Assembly (NCBI GenBank): GCA_963702005.1
Contig: OY969696.1
Coordinates: 2,408,172-2,472,171 of the forward strand
Source of the DNA: Candidatus Aminicenantes bacterium
Lineage (GTDB): Bacteria > Acidobacteriota > Aminicenantia > Aminicenantales > JAFGBC01
Reading direction: 5' to 3'
Length of the DNA stretch: 64,000 nucleotides
Each line of letters starts with the position of its first letter. Position 1 is the stretch's first letter. Positions 52,795 through 61,494 of this stretch are shown here, one piece after another. Under the pieces are notes generated by a model that saw nothing but the letters and a program-made list of their open reading frames with translations, was not told the origin of the DNA and made no database searches. A program made the position numbers and the translations under genes.

Positions 52795-55590
52795 GTGTTC
52801 GTCCCGCTCCGCGTCCATTCCGTTTTCAGCAAAGGGAAGGGGAGCGTCCTGGTCGAGGAAGCGGCCGCCTGGACGGCGGCGAAGAAGCTTCCGGCCGCGG
52901 CCCTCGCCGACGTCGGGAACCTCTACGGCTGGAGCAGGTGGAAGCGGGCCGCCCGGGAGCGGGGCGTCGCCCCCCTGTTCGGCTGTGAGGTCGAAACCGG
53001 CCGGGGCCGGCTCCTGCTCCTTGTCCAGAGCCGCGAGGGGTACGGGAACCTCGTCGAAACGCTCAACCGCCGCGAGATGGGAAGCGGGGACGGGCTCGTC
53101 ACGATCGTCCTTCCCAACCCGAAAGGTCCTGCTCCGGACATCTCCGCGGCCGACCTCTACATCGGCGCCGGGTTCGGGAATTTCAGGACGGCCCTCGAGC
53201 TGAGCCGGAGGAGCGGGCGTCCGCTCGTCTGGGTCAACCCCCTCAAGTACGTCGCCAGCCCCGAGCGGCTTATCCTCCTCCATGCCGTCGAGAAGAAACT
53301 GCCCTATCCTCCCGAGCGGGAGCGGCTCAAGGCCAAGGTCCGGCTCTACGGCCCGGACCAGGAAACGTTGGCACTCAAGAGGTTCGGCGCCGCGGCGGCC
53401 GACGCCCTCCTCCGGACCTTCGAGGTCGCCGAGAGGTGCCGGTTCGCCTTCGAGGACGTCGTCCCGCCCCTCCCGTCCGACCTGTTTCCCCACAGCCTGC
53501 GCGAGACGGTCGTGGCCCGGCTGACGGCCGCCAAGGCGCTCTCCTGGCGGGAGCGGGAGCGGGCCCGCCGCGAGCTCGAGGCCATCGAGGCCTCGGGCTT
53601 CGCGCCCTACTTCCTCATCGTCCACGACGTCGTCGAGTTCGCCCGGCGCCGCGGCATCCTCCACAACCTGCGCGGCTCGGGAGCTTCCTCGTTCCTGGCT
53701 TTCCTGCTCGGCGTCTCCCATATCAACCCCCTCGACTTCGACCTCTACTTCGAGCGCTTCCTGAACCGGGGCCGGCCCGACCCGCCCGACATCGACCTCG
53801 ACTTCGACTCGCGCCGCCGCGACGAGGTCCTGGCCTACGTCCTCGAGCGCTACGGGAAGGGACGGACGGGCGCCGCCTACGTCTCGAGCGTCAAAAGCTT
53901 CGGGGCCCGCTCCGCCCTGTACGAGACGGCCCGGGCCTTGGGCGTCGCGCCCGAGGAGGCCCGGCAGCTGGCCAAGCGGGCCCCGGTCTTCGCCGAGCCG
54001 GCCTCCCTGCGGCGGGCCGCGCCGGCCCCGGGCTTCCTCGAGGTCTGGCAGCTCGCCGCCGAGCTCGACGGCGCCTACGCCGAAAGCTCGCTCCACGTGG
54101 GCGGAGTCATCCTGACGCCGGCGCCGGTCGAACGGTTCCTGCCGCTCGAGACTTCGGCCAAAGGCCTCCTCATGTGCCACTTCGACAAGGACGCCGTCGA
54201 GGACCTGAAGCTCATCAAGCTCGACCTCCTCTCGGTTCGCGGCCTGGCCGCCGTCTCGGAGACGAAGGAGAGGCTCCGCCTCCGGAGCCTGCCCGAGGAC
54301 GACGTCGAGACCTGGAGTCTCGTCGCCAAGGCCCGGACGATCGGCTGCTTCCAAGTCGAGAGCCCGGCCATGATGAACCTTCTGCGTCGGATGAAGCCGC
54401 GGACCGTCCGGGACCTGACCCAGGCCCTGGCCCTGATCCGGCCCGGCCCGACCGAGAGCGGGATGAAGGAGGCCCTCCTCCGGAGCCGGGAGGGACGGGG
54501 CGAGGGCCGCGATCCCTTGTGGACGCGGGTCTTGCCCGAGACGGACGGCTTTCTCCTCTATGAGGAACAGGTCATGCAGGTCGCGGAGCGCGTGGCGGGC
54601 TTCCCCGCCGAGACGGGCGACCTCCTCCGCCGCTGCCTCAAACGGAAGGGCGGCGATCCGTCCCTCCGCGCCCGCTTCGTCCGGGAGGCGCTGGAGCGCG
54701 GCTATACGGACGACGAGGTCGAAAGGCTGTGGGCCGTCATGGAACGGTTCTCGTCCTACTCCTTTAACAAGGCTCACAGCGCCTCCTACGCCCACATGGC
54801 CTACCAGGCCGCCTACCTCAAGGCCCACCACCCCGTCCCGTACCTCGCGGCCGTCCTCAACGCCGGCGGCGGCTATTACGGCCTCGAGGAGTACGTCGAG
54901 GAGGCCAAGCGGTCGGGCATCCGCATCCTCGGCCCCGACGCGAACCGGAGCCGCGGCGGGTTCGAGGTCGAAGGGGCCGCCATCCGGGTCGGCCTGACCG
55001 CCATCAAGGGCCTCGGCCTCAAGACGGTCGAGGCCGTCCTCCGCGAGAGGGAGGGGGGAGGGCCGTTCGGCTCGGTCGAGGACTTCCTGGCGCGGGTCCG
55101 GCCGGCCAAGGCGGAGCTGCTGGCCCTCGTCCGGGCCGGCGTCTTCGATTCCCTCGAACCGCGCCGGACGCGGCAGATCCTCCGCTACGTCCAGGGCCTC
55201 GGGGATATGGAAGAGGTCGCGGACATCGACGCCAGGGAGAAGGAACGGATGCTGGCCGCCTCGCTGGGGTTCAGTCCCGGGACCGACCCGCTCGAGTTCT
55301 TCGAAGGGAAGCGGCCCGGGCTCCGCATCCGCGACCTCCCGGACCGGGTCGGCCGAACGGTCGAGCTCGTCGTCCGCGTCGTGGACGCCCGGGAGAAGAG
55401 AGTCAACGGCGGACGGGCCTCTAAGTATTTCTACCTGTTCGAGGACGAGACCGGCCTCCTCGAGGGCGTGAGCGAGGCACGGCTGCTCGCCTTCGGGACG
55501 CCGCCGGCCTGCTGCCTGCGGGGCGAGGTCCGCTCCGCCGGGACGGGCCGGGTCAAGCTCCTCGGTTGTTCCTTCCTCCGCTCTTTCTGA
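52795..55590 (+). CDS. dnaE2: Error-prone DNA polymerase III alpha-like DnaE2 (ImuC).
   Basis: Degenerate N-terminal PHP (LRVHSVFSKGKGS), a polymerase palm with catalytic PDIDLDFD, and the RGSGASSFLAFLLGVSHINP block. 931 aa, in a lexA-Ypol-dnaE2 arrangement. Confidence 0.75.
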   Translation: MFVPLRVHSVFSKGKGSVLVEEAAAWTAAKKLPAAALADVGNLYGWSRWKRAARERGVAPLFGCEVETGRGRLLLLVQSREGYGNLVETLNRREMGSGDGLVTIVLPNPKGPAPDISAADLYIGAGFGNFRTALELSRRSGRPLVWVNPLKYVASPERLILLHAVEKKLPYPPERERLKAKVRLYGPDQETLALKRFGAAAADALLRTFEVAERCRFAFEDVVPPLPSDLFPHSLRETVVARLTAAKALSWRERERARRELEAIEASGFAPYFLIVHDVVEFARRRGILHNLRGSGASSFLAFLLGVSHINPLDFDLYFERFLNRGRPDPPDIDLDFDSRRRDEVLAYVLERYGKGRTGAAYVSSVKSFGARSALYETARALGVAPEEARQLAKRAPVFAEPASLRRAAPAPGFLEVWQLAAELDGAYAESSLHVGGVILTPAPVERFLPLETSAKGLLMCHFDKDAVEDLKLIKLDLLSVRGLAAVSETKERLRLRSLPEDDVETWSLVAKARTIGCFQVESPAMMNLLRRMKPRTVRDLTQALALIRPGPTESGMKEALLRSREGRGEGRDPLWTRVLPETDGFLLYEEQVMQVAERVAGFPAETGDLLRRCLKRKGGDPSLRARFVREALERGYTDDEVERLWAVMERFSSYSFNKAHSASYAHMAYQAAYLKAHHPVPYLAAVLNAGGGYYGLEEYVEEAKRSGIRILGPDANRSRGGFEVEGAAIRVGLTAIKGLGLKTVEAVLREREGGGPFGSVEDFLARVRPAKAELLALVRAGVFDSLEPRRTRQILRYVQGLGDMEEVADIDAREKERMLAASLGFSPGTDPLEFFEGKRPGLRIRDLPDRVGRTVELVVRVVDAREKRVNGGRASKYFYLFEDETGLLEGVSEARLLAFGTPPACCLRGEVRSAGTGRVKLLGCSFLRSF

Positions 55591-55944
55591 CCCGTTCGCC
55601 GATGCTACCCCGCCTTGAAAGGCGGGGCTAAAAATCGGAGCCCCGCCTTTCAAGGCGGGGACGAGAAGCGACACTTTTGTACTCAGCCCTTTTAGCAAGG
55701 AATGGGGCTGAGTAGGCTCAGGGTTAACCCTAATCAAGCCCCGGCATTCAGCACTCATGAACCGGAAACGGTTCATGAGTACAGTCGCTCCAATGCCTGT
55801 ACTACGCGGATCCCACAGAATTGAGTCCATGGAGCTCCAGGCCGGGGAGCAGCCTTGCAGCACCCATACTAAACCGTTTCCCGTTTAGTATGGGTACTGC
55901 GAAACGCCTGCACTCATGGCTTCCATGGGTGTCGATGGGTTGAC
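55588..55944. repeat. Copy 3 (full-length, 357 bp) of the interspersed repeat family: the same 5' and 3' termini as copies 1 and 2 plus at least six internal GC-rich hairpin modules.
   Basis: It begins at the dnaE2 TGA stop (TGACCCGTTCGCCGATGC) and ends ...GTCGATGGGTTGAC. Internal hairpins include CCCCGCCTTGAAAGGCGGGG, CCCCGCCTTTCAAGGCGGGG, CTCAGCCC..GGGCTGAG, CATGAACCGGAAACGGTTCATG and CATACTAAACCG..CGTTTAGTATG. Confidence 0.6.
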
Positions 55945-55945
55945 T

Positions 55946-56290
55946 CAACTCTGGGAAATATCGACGCGGGCCACGGAAGGATTCGGCGTCAGGCGGATCG
56001 TCGTCCGCAGCGCCGTCGTCCTGGGACGCGCCGGAGGTGCTCTGCCGACGTTCGAACGGATGTTCCGGCTCCGCCTGGCCGGCATTCCGGGCGGCGGCCG
56101 CCAATGGTTCCCCTGGATTCATCTCATGGACGAGGTCCGGGCCATGGTCTTTCTCTTGGAGCGGGACGACCTGAGCGGCGTCTTCAACCTCGCCGCGCCC
56201 TCGGCCGTTCCGATGGCCGGATTCATCCGCGCTTCAAAATCTGTTCGCCGCCGCCGGCCCGGAGTCTTAATTAGACGAGGATCTCTTTAG
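55946..56290 (+). pseudogene. Remnant of an epimerase-family gene (YfcH/TIGR01777-like): only the C-terminal ~110 codons remain, truncated at the N-terminus next to the repeat copy and overlapping the convergent lysA 3' end.
   Basis: The translation ...GVRRIVVRSAVVLGRAGGALPTFERMFRLRLAGIPGGGRQWFPWIHLMDEVRAMVFLLERDDLSGVFNLAAPSAV... matches the C-terminal region of YfcH-type epimerases. The listed ORF start (MASMGVDGLT) is repeat-derived. Confidence 0.5.
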
Positions 56291-57515
56291 GGATGGGCCG
56301 CGAATTGTAGTGGGAGGCCATGGAGCGCGAATAGCCGCCCGCGCAGAGCACGGCCAGGATGTCGCCCCGGCGGGGCATCGGCATAAGCCGCTCCTTGCCG
56401 AAGACGTCGCCCGTTTCGCAGAGATGGCCGGCCACGGTCACCCGGACTTTCTTCGGCCCGTCGATGCGGCTCGCGTTGACGATTTCGTGGGAGGCCTGGG
56501 CGTAGACGGCGGGACGCGGCACCGTGTTGAAGGTCCCGGCGTTGACGCAGGCGATGACATGACCGTAGCTCTCTTTGACGTAGACGACCCGGAGAAGGAG
56601 GACGCCGGCATCGGCGACGAGGGCTTTGCCCGGTTCCACGGCCAGCGCCTTGACGGAGAGTCCGGACTTGGCCATGGTCCGGACGATGAGGCGGACATAG
56701 TCCTCAACCGGAAATAATCCCTGGGTCCGGTAGAACCTCGGTCCGAACCCGCCCCCGAAGTCCAGAAACTCGAGGCGGACACCGCTTTTCTCGAGCTCGA
56801 CGGCTTTGCGGACGATCCTGCGGACGGCCTCCTTGACGGCCGGAAAATCTTCGTGGACCCAGCCCGAGCCGAGATGCTGGTGGAGGCCGACCGGGACGAA
56901 GCCGAACCGGATGGCCCGCTCGAAGACCCGGCCGACCTTGGCCTCCTCGACGCCGAACTTGACGGGCGTCCCGTCCGCGGATCTCTGCCCGGCCGTGACG
57001 GCCCGCGGGCTGAAACCTCGGCCCAGTCCCGGGTTCCAGCGGACGGCGACCCGGATCCGGCGCCGCCGGAACCAGCGGTCGCGGATTTCTTTCATGACCT
57101 CGAGCTGCTCGAGAGCGTCGATGTTGACGGTCAGTCCGCCGTAGACGAAGACGGACCGGAGGTCCTCCTCGGAGACGCTGGTTCCCGTGTAGAGGATTCG
57201 ATCAGCCGGGAAGCCGGCTTCCAGTGCCGCCCGGACCTCGCCCGGCGAGACGGTGTCGACCCAAGCCCCGCGCTTTTCGAGGAGCTTGAGGATTCCCGGG
57301 TGGGGATTGGCCTTGGCCGCGAAGGCGATCCGCGCCTCAAGTCCGCCGCCGGCTTCGGCGAAGAGGCGGCGCAGGGAATCGAAGTTGTGGAGGATGCGGG
57401 ACCGGCCGTAGATATAGAGGGGCGTCCCTTGCCGTTCGGCGATGTCCCGGGCGCGCCGTCCCGCGATCGTGAGTTCGTTGTCTTCAACCTTCAGGAATTC
57501 ATTGGTCCACCACAT
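56271..57515 (-). CDS. lysA: Orn/DAP/Arg decarboxylase family (PLP fold III), most like diaminopimelate decarboxylase.
   Basis: GTPLYIYGRSRI..., PLP-Lys region AFAAKANPHPGILKLL, and the EPGRALVADAG-like block; 414 aa. Confidence 0.7.
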   Translation of the reverse strand: MWWTNEFLKVEDNELTIAGRRARDIAERQGTPLYIYGRSRILHNFDSLRRLFAEAGGGLEARIAFAAKANPHPGILKLLEKRGAWVDTVSPGEVRAALEAGFPADRILYTGTSVSEEDLRSVFVYGGLTVNIDALEQLEVMKEIRDRWFRRRRIRVAVRWNPGLGRGFSPRAVTAGQRSADGTPVKFGVEEAKVGRVFERAIRFGFVPVGLHQHLGSGWVHEDFPAVKEAVRRIVRKAVELEKSGVRLEFLDFGGGFGPRFYRTQGLFPVEDYVRLIVRTMAKSGLSVKALAVEPGKALVADAGVLLLRVVYVKESYGHVIACVNAGTFNTVPRPAVYAQASHEIVNASRIDGPKKVRVTVAGHLCETGDVFGKERLMPMPRRGDILAVLCAGGYSRSMASHYNSRPIPKEILV

Positions 57516-57530
57516 CGTGCTCCGTCCCGA

Positions 57531-58436
57531 TCAGAATTTGGGTTCCTCGTCGAACAGGTCGAACTGCCCGTCCTTGATCTTCTTGACGATGTCTTTGAGG
57601 ACGGGGTAGGTATCGAGGAGGAGGGCAGGGATGTCGAGTTTGTCTCCGCTGATCATGTTCTTGATCTGAAGGGCGTTGGCCATGGCCTGGCCCCGGTAAT
57701 GGTTGTTGGTGATGACGAAGACCCGGCCGCTCGCCCTTCCCAGGGCCTTGATGCGCTCGATCCACTCCGAGAGCTCCTCCCGGCCGTACAGATAATTGTA
57801 GCGATCGTCGCGGCCCGCTTCCTTGCGGAACCAGTCCTTGGCGTTGCGGCCGTGGAATCGGACATAGGCGAAGCGGGGGGCCGTTGCGATCGCACTCGGC
57901 TTGATGGAATCGCCGATCAAGGGCTGGTCGATGTTGCAAAAGGCGACCCCGTGCTCGCGGAGCAGGGCATAGAACGGCGGCGTGTCCCAGGAGGCGTGAC
58001 GGACCTCGACGGCCAGGGGGTGGTCCGCGAACATCCGGAACAGGCCCGTCAGATATTCCGTCTGGGCGGGCGTATTCCGGAAAGACCAGGGGAATTGGAG
58101 GAGGAGAGCGGCCAGCCTGTTCCGGATCAGCAAGGGGGCGATCCCGGCCTTGAAAGCGTCGACGTCCTTGGGGCCGAATCCCTGCCGCTCGTGGCTGAAA
58201 ACGCTGTGGAGCTTGACGGACAGCAGAAAATCGGGAAAGGGCTCGAGCTTCTTAGCCCAGGCCAGGCTCATCGCCGGGGACGGCACGCGGTAGAACGTGC
58301 TGTTGACCTCGACGATGTTGATGTAGGCGGCCAGGAAGACGAGGGGATGAAAGCCGCGCCCCTTGGCGGGCGGGTAGACGATCCCCTCCCAATCCTCGTA
58401 GCTCCAGCCGGCCGTTCCGACGTAATACTTCGTCAT
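57531..58436 (-). CDS. DUF72 (YecE) family protein.
   Basis: Start at MTKYYVGTAGWSYEDW (in-frame within the listed ORF 57531-58478), the typical DUF72 N-terminus. Confidence 0.7.
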   Translation of the reverse strand: MTKYYVGTAGWSYEDWEGIVYPPAKGRGFHPLVFLAAYINIVEVNSTFYRVPSPAMSLAWAKKLEPFPDFLLSVKLHSVFSHERQGFGPKDVDAFKAGIAPLLIRNRLAALLLQFPWSFRNTPAQTEYLTGLFRMFADHPLAVEVRHASWDTPPFYALLREHGVAFCNIDQPLIGDSIKPSAIATAPRFAYVRFHGRNAKDWFRKEAGRDDRYNYLYGREELSEWIERIKALGRASGRVFVITNNHYRGQAMANALQIKNMISGDKLDIPALLLDTYPVLKDIVKKIKDGQFDLFDEEPKF

Positions 58437-58558
58437 TGGCCGTATTGTATCAAAAATGGTCGCTGCCGCCCATTTCAAAAACTTCTCTCATTCCTGATCC
58501 CCAGGCCACGATTATTCGCTGGGCAACCGGATGGCGATTAACGCTATAAACAAGTACA

Positions 58559-59548
58559 ATGAAGCCTGCGGAACGAAACGAGGCCGCGGACATGAACCTG
58601 GACTTTATAAGCGGCGTCGAGCGCGCCTACCGCCGCATCAAGGTTGACATCCTTAGGACCGAGCTCACGGCCGATACGGAGTTGAGCCGCGCCCACGATG
58701 CCGATGTCCAAATTAAATGGGAGAGCCGGCAACGGACGGGCTCCTTCAAGCTTCGCGGCGCCCTCAACAAGATCCGGTCCCTGCCCGCTTCCCGCAACGA
58801 GACGGGGCTCGTTTCCGCTTCGACCGGAAATCACGGGCTCGCCATGTGCTGGGCCGCCTCGCGCGAAGCCGTCCCGCTCGTCCTGTTCCTTCCCGAGACG
58901 GTCGCAGCCCACAAGCTGGACATGCTCAGGCGGTTTCCGGTCCTTATCGAATTACGCGGCGGGAGTTGCGAGGAGGCCGAGGCCCAGGGCCGGCGCTGGG
59001 CGGAGGAGACGGCGCGGATATTCGTTTCGCCTTACAACGATGCCGAGGTCGTCTTCGGCCAGGGCACGGTCGGCCTCGAGATCTACGAACAAGCCCGGGA
59101 CGTCCAGGATGTCTTGGTCCCGGTCGGCGGCGGAGGGCTGGCGGCCGGGATCGCCGGTTACCTCAAATCGCGCGATCCGCGCGTCCGGGTCGTCGGCGTG
59201 GAGCCGGAGGCGTCCGCTTTCATGGCCGCCTCGATCCGGGCCGGCCGGATCGTCTCGATTCCGGAACGGCCGACGGCGGCCGATGCCGTGGCCGGAGGGA
59301 TCGAGCCGGGCTCGATCACCTTCGACCTGTGCCGGGCTCTCATTGATGATTGGATCGGGGTGACCGAAGAATCTCTCCGCGAAGCGGGAGCCGTCATGAA
59401 CGGCGGCGGCCGGGGCCCGGTCGAGCCCGCCGGCGCGCTGGCCTTGGCCGGGCTCCTATCCAGGCCGGAGCGTTTCCAGGGCCGTTCCGTCGTCCTCGTC
59501 GCGAGCGGCGGGAACTCCGCCCGTCTCCCCAAAAACGGGAGCCCCTAA
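58559..59548 (+). CDS. PLP-dependent threonine/serine dehydratase (threonine ammonia-lyase-like, no ACT domain).
   Basis: PLP-Lys motif TGSFKLRGA and the glycine-rich GGGGL loop; 329 aa. Alternative start at 58592. Confidence 0.8.
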   Translation: MKPAERNEAADMNLDFISGVERAYRRIKVDILRTELTADTELSRAHDADVQIKWESRQRTGSFKLRGALNKIRSLPASRNETGLVSASTGNHGLAMCWAASREAVPLVLFLPETVAAHKLDMLRRFPVLIELRGGSCEEAEAQGRRWAEETARIFVSPYNDAEVVFGQGTVGLEIYEQARDVQDVLVPVGGGGLAAGIAGYLKSRDPRVRVVGVEPEASAFMAASIRAGRIVSIPERPTAADAVAGGIEPGSITFDLCRALIDDWIGVTEESLREAGAVMNGGGRGPVEPAGALALAGLLSRPERFQGRSVVLVASGGNSARLPKNGSP

Positions 59549-59615
59549 AACGCGCAGGGAAAAGGATTGCCCTCGGTCGCGATTTTTCTTATGATGAAGA
59601 GGACGCGGCGCGGAT

Positions 59616-60620
59616 ATGATTAAACGGATCCTGGGACTGGCTGCGATCGGCCTTCTCCTCAACGGCTGTCGGAACGCGGAACCCCCGTCCGCTCCGGCGT
59701 CCGTCGCCAAGCCCCTCTATTCCATCGGCATCTTTCAGTATACGGATTCTCCGACCCTCAACGAAGTCAGGTCCGGCCTTCTGCGGGCCCTCGCCGAGGC
59801 AGGGCTCAAGGAAGGCGTCAACGTCCGTCTCGACATCCGCCTCGCCAAAGGGGATATCGCCGAGGTTCAACGGATCGCCCAGGAATTCGCCGCCGCTAAG
59901 CTCGACCTGGTCGTCCCCCTTTCGACCCAATGCCTGCAGGCGGCCCTGATCGAGATGCCGACGACTCCGACCGTCTTCTCCTCCGTCGCCAATCCCTACA
60001 TCCTCGGGGCCGGCCGGACCCCGACCGACCATCTCGGCCACGTCACCGGCATCGTCTCGACCGGACCGGTCCGCCAGATGATCTCTTTCATCAGAGAAGT
60101 CCTGCCGCGGGCCCGCCGGGTCGGAACGCTCTGGACGCCCTCGGAGATCAACTCCGAGTACTATCTGGAGCTCGCCCGGGAAGCGGCCGCCTCAGTCGAC
60201 CTGGAGCTTGTCGGCGTTCCCGTGACGAACGCCAACGAGATTCCGATGTCGGCCCAACTCCTCCTCAACAGGAAAATCGATGCCCTGTATCCCATCTCCG
60301 ATAACACGCTCAACGCCGCCTTCTCCGTCCTGGGGCGGGTGGCCGACGAAGAACGAATCCCCCTCTTCGGCGGGTTTATTCTCTCGACGAGCCTCGGGGC
60401 TTGCGCGGCGATGGGATTCAACTTTTCCGACATGGGCTATAAAACAGGTCAGATCGTCCTTCGCGTCAAGAACGGCGAGAGCCCCGGTCGCATCCCCTTC
60501 CAATCCATGGAGAGCGTCAAGCTCTTCCTCAACCTCAAGGCCGCCGAGCGGCAGGGCCTCCGGTTCGCTCCCGATATTCTCAAGAAGGCGGACCGGATCT
60601 TGTCCGATTCGAATCCCTGA
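59616..60620 (+). CDS. ABC transporter substrate-binding lipoprotein (PF04392-like periplasmic binding protein).
   Basis: Lipobox LLNGC, 334 aa, with composition and blocks similar to YhfQ-type ABC substrate-binding proteins. Confidence 0.7.
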   Translation: MIKRILGLAAIGLLLNGCRNAEPPSAPASVAKPLYSIGIFQYTDSPTLNEVRSGLLRALAEAGLKEGVNVRLDIRLAKGDIAEVQRIAQEFAAAKLDLVVPLSTQCLQAALIEMPTTPTVFSSVANPYILGAGRTPTDHLGHVTGIVSTGPVRQMISFIREVLPRARRVGTLWTPSEINSEYYLELAREAAASVDLELVGVPVTNANEIPMSAQLLLNRKIDALYPISDNTLNAAFSVLGRVADEERIPLFGGFILSTSLGACAAMGFNFSDMGYKTGQIVLRVKNGESPGRIPFQSMESVKLFLNLKAAERQGLRFAPDILKKADRILSDSNP

Positions 60621-60638
60621 ACCCGAGCGGCCCGGCCC

Positions 60639-61424
60639 TCACAGGCCGGGATCCATCAGCCGACGGCCCCTTCCGACGGACGCGGATGTCCGGATGGCTT
60701 GGCGGGTGAGCCGGGTGGCCCGGCGGCAGGCGGACGCCAGCGAGAGACCTTGAGCCATCTCGGCCAGAACGGCGGAGGACAAATAGCAGCCGGTTCCGTG
60801 GACGGGACGAGCGACCCGCGGCGAATCGATCAAGAGCGTTTTCGCGCCGTCGAATAACACGTTGACGGGACGGTCTTTGAGGTGGCCGCCCTTGATGAGG
60901 CACGGGGCGAGGATCCCCTCGGCCAGTCGGCGCGCGGCGGCCTCCATATCTTCCACGGTAGCGATCTTGAGGCCGCTGAGCAGAGAAGCTTCTTCGAGGT
61001 TAGGCGTCAGGAGCGACAGCCTCCCCTTGACGGCGGGCAGGAAGGCCCGGAGGGAGCCCCGGTCCAGGAGCCAGGCGCCCGAGCTGGACCTCAGAACGGG
61101 ATCGACGACCCTGGGGAGTCCGGATGCCGCGGCAAGAATCCGCGCCGCCGCCTTGAGGTTCGCGCCCGATCCCAGCATGCCGACCTTGACGCCCGCGACG
61201 GAAACGTCCCGTGCCAGCGTCCGATACTGAGACAGGATGAGGGGGGCGGGCAGCGGCCGGACCGCGAAGACCTTCCGGGTGTCCTGGACGGTCAAGGCGG
61301 TCAGGACGGCCATGCCGCGAAATCCCAGGGATCGGAAGACAGCCAAATCGAGGAGGACGCCGGCACCGGCCGAGGGATCGAACCCGGCGACCGACACGAG
61401 GACTCCCTTGCGACGCATGGTCAT
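60639..61424 (-). CDS. thiD: Hydroxymethylpyrimidine/phosphomethylpyrimidine kinase.
   Basis: VLVSVAGFDPSAGAGVLLD and a C-terminal GTGC anion-hole motif. Confidence 0.85.
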   Translation of the reverse strand: MTMRRKGVLVSVAGFDPSAGAGVLLDLAVFRSLGFRGMAVLTALTVQDTRKVFAVRPLPAPLILSQYRTLARDVSVAGVKVGMLGSGANLKAAARILAAASGLPRVVDPVLRSSSGAWLLDRGSLRAFLPAVKGRLSLLTPNLEEASLLSGLKIATVEDMEAAARRLAEGILAPCLIKGGHLKDRPVNVLFDGAKTLLIDSPRVARPVHGTGCYLSSAVLAEMAQGLSLASACRRATRLTRQAIRTSASVGRGRRLMDPGL

Positions 61425-61481
61425 TTAAACAGGAATGCTTTGCCATTATAGCTCGAGACCGAGGTGCCGGACAATGTGTGC

Positions 61482-61487
61482 TACAAT
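61482..61487 (+). promoter_or_regulatory. TACAAT -10 element 7 nt upstream of the acyP ATG (leaderless-type arrangement).
   Basis: TACAAT at 61482-61487 and the ATG at 61495; the -35 is weak. Confidence 0.3.
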
Positions 61488-61494
61488 AAAAACG

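Noticed and set aside
51253..55863. ORF 51253-55863 - (1536 aa), the longest ORF in the track.
   Set aside because: Antisense to the Y-family polymerase and dnaE2 genes, whose sense-strand products carry unambiguous polymerase motifs. The antisense translation is an Ala/Gly/Arg/Glu-rich shadow.
61425..61494. Possible TPP riboswitch upstream of thiD.
   Set aside because: No CUGAGA / ACCUGAUCUGGAUAAUGCCAGCG-like conserved cores were seen. The region is only 70 nt and looks like a plain divergent promoter (TTGTCC-N18-TATAAT on the minus strand).
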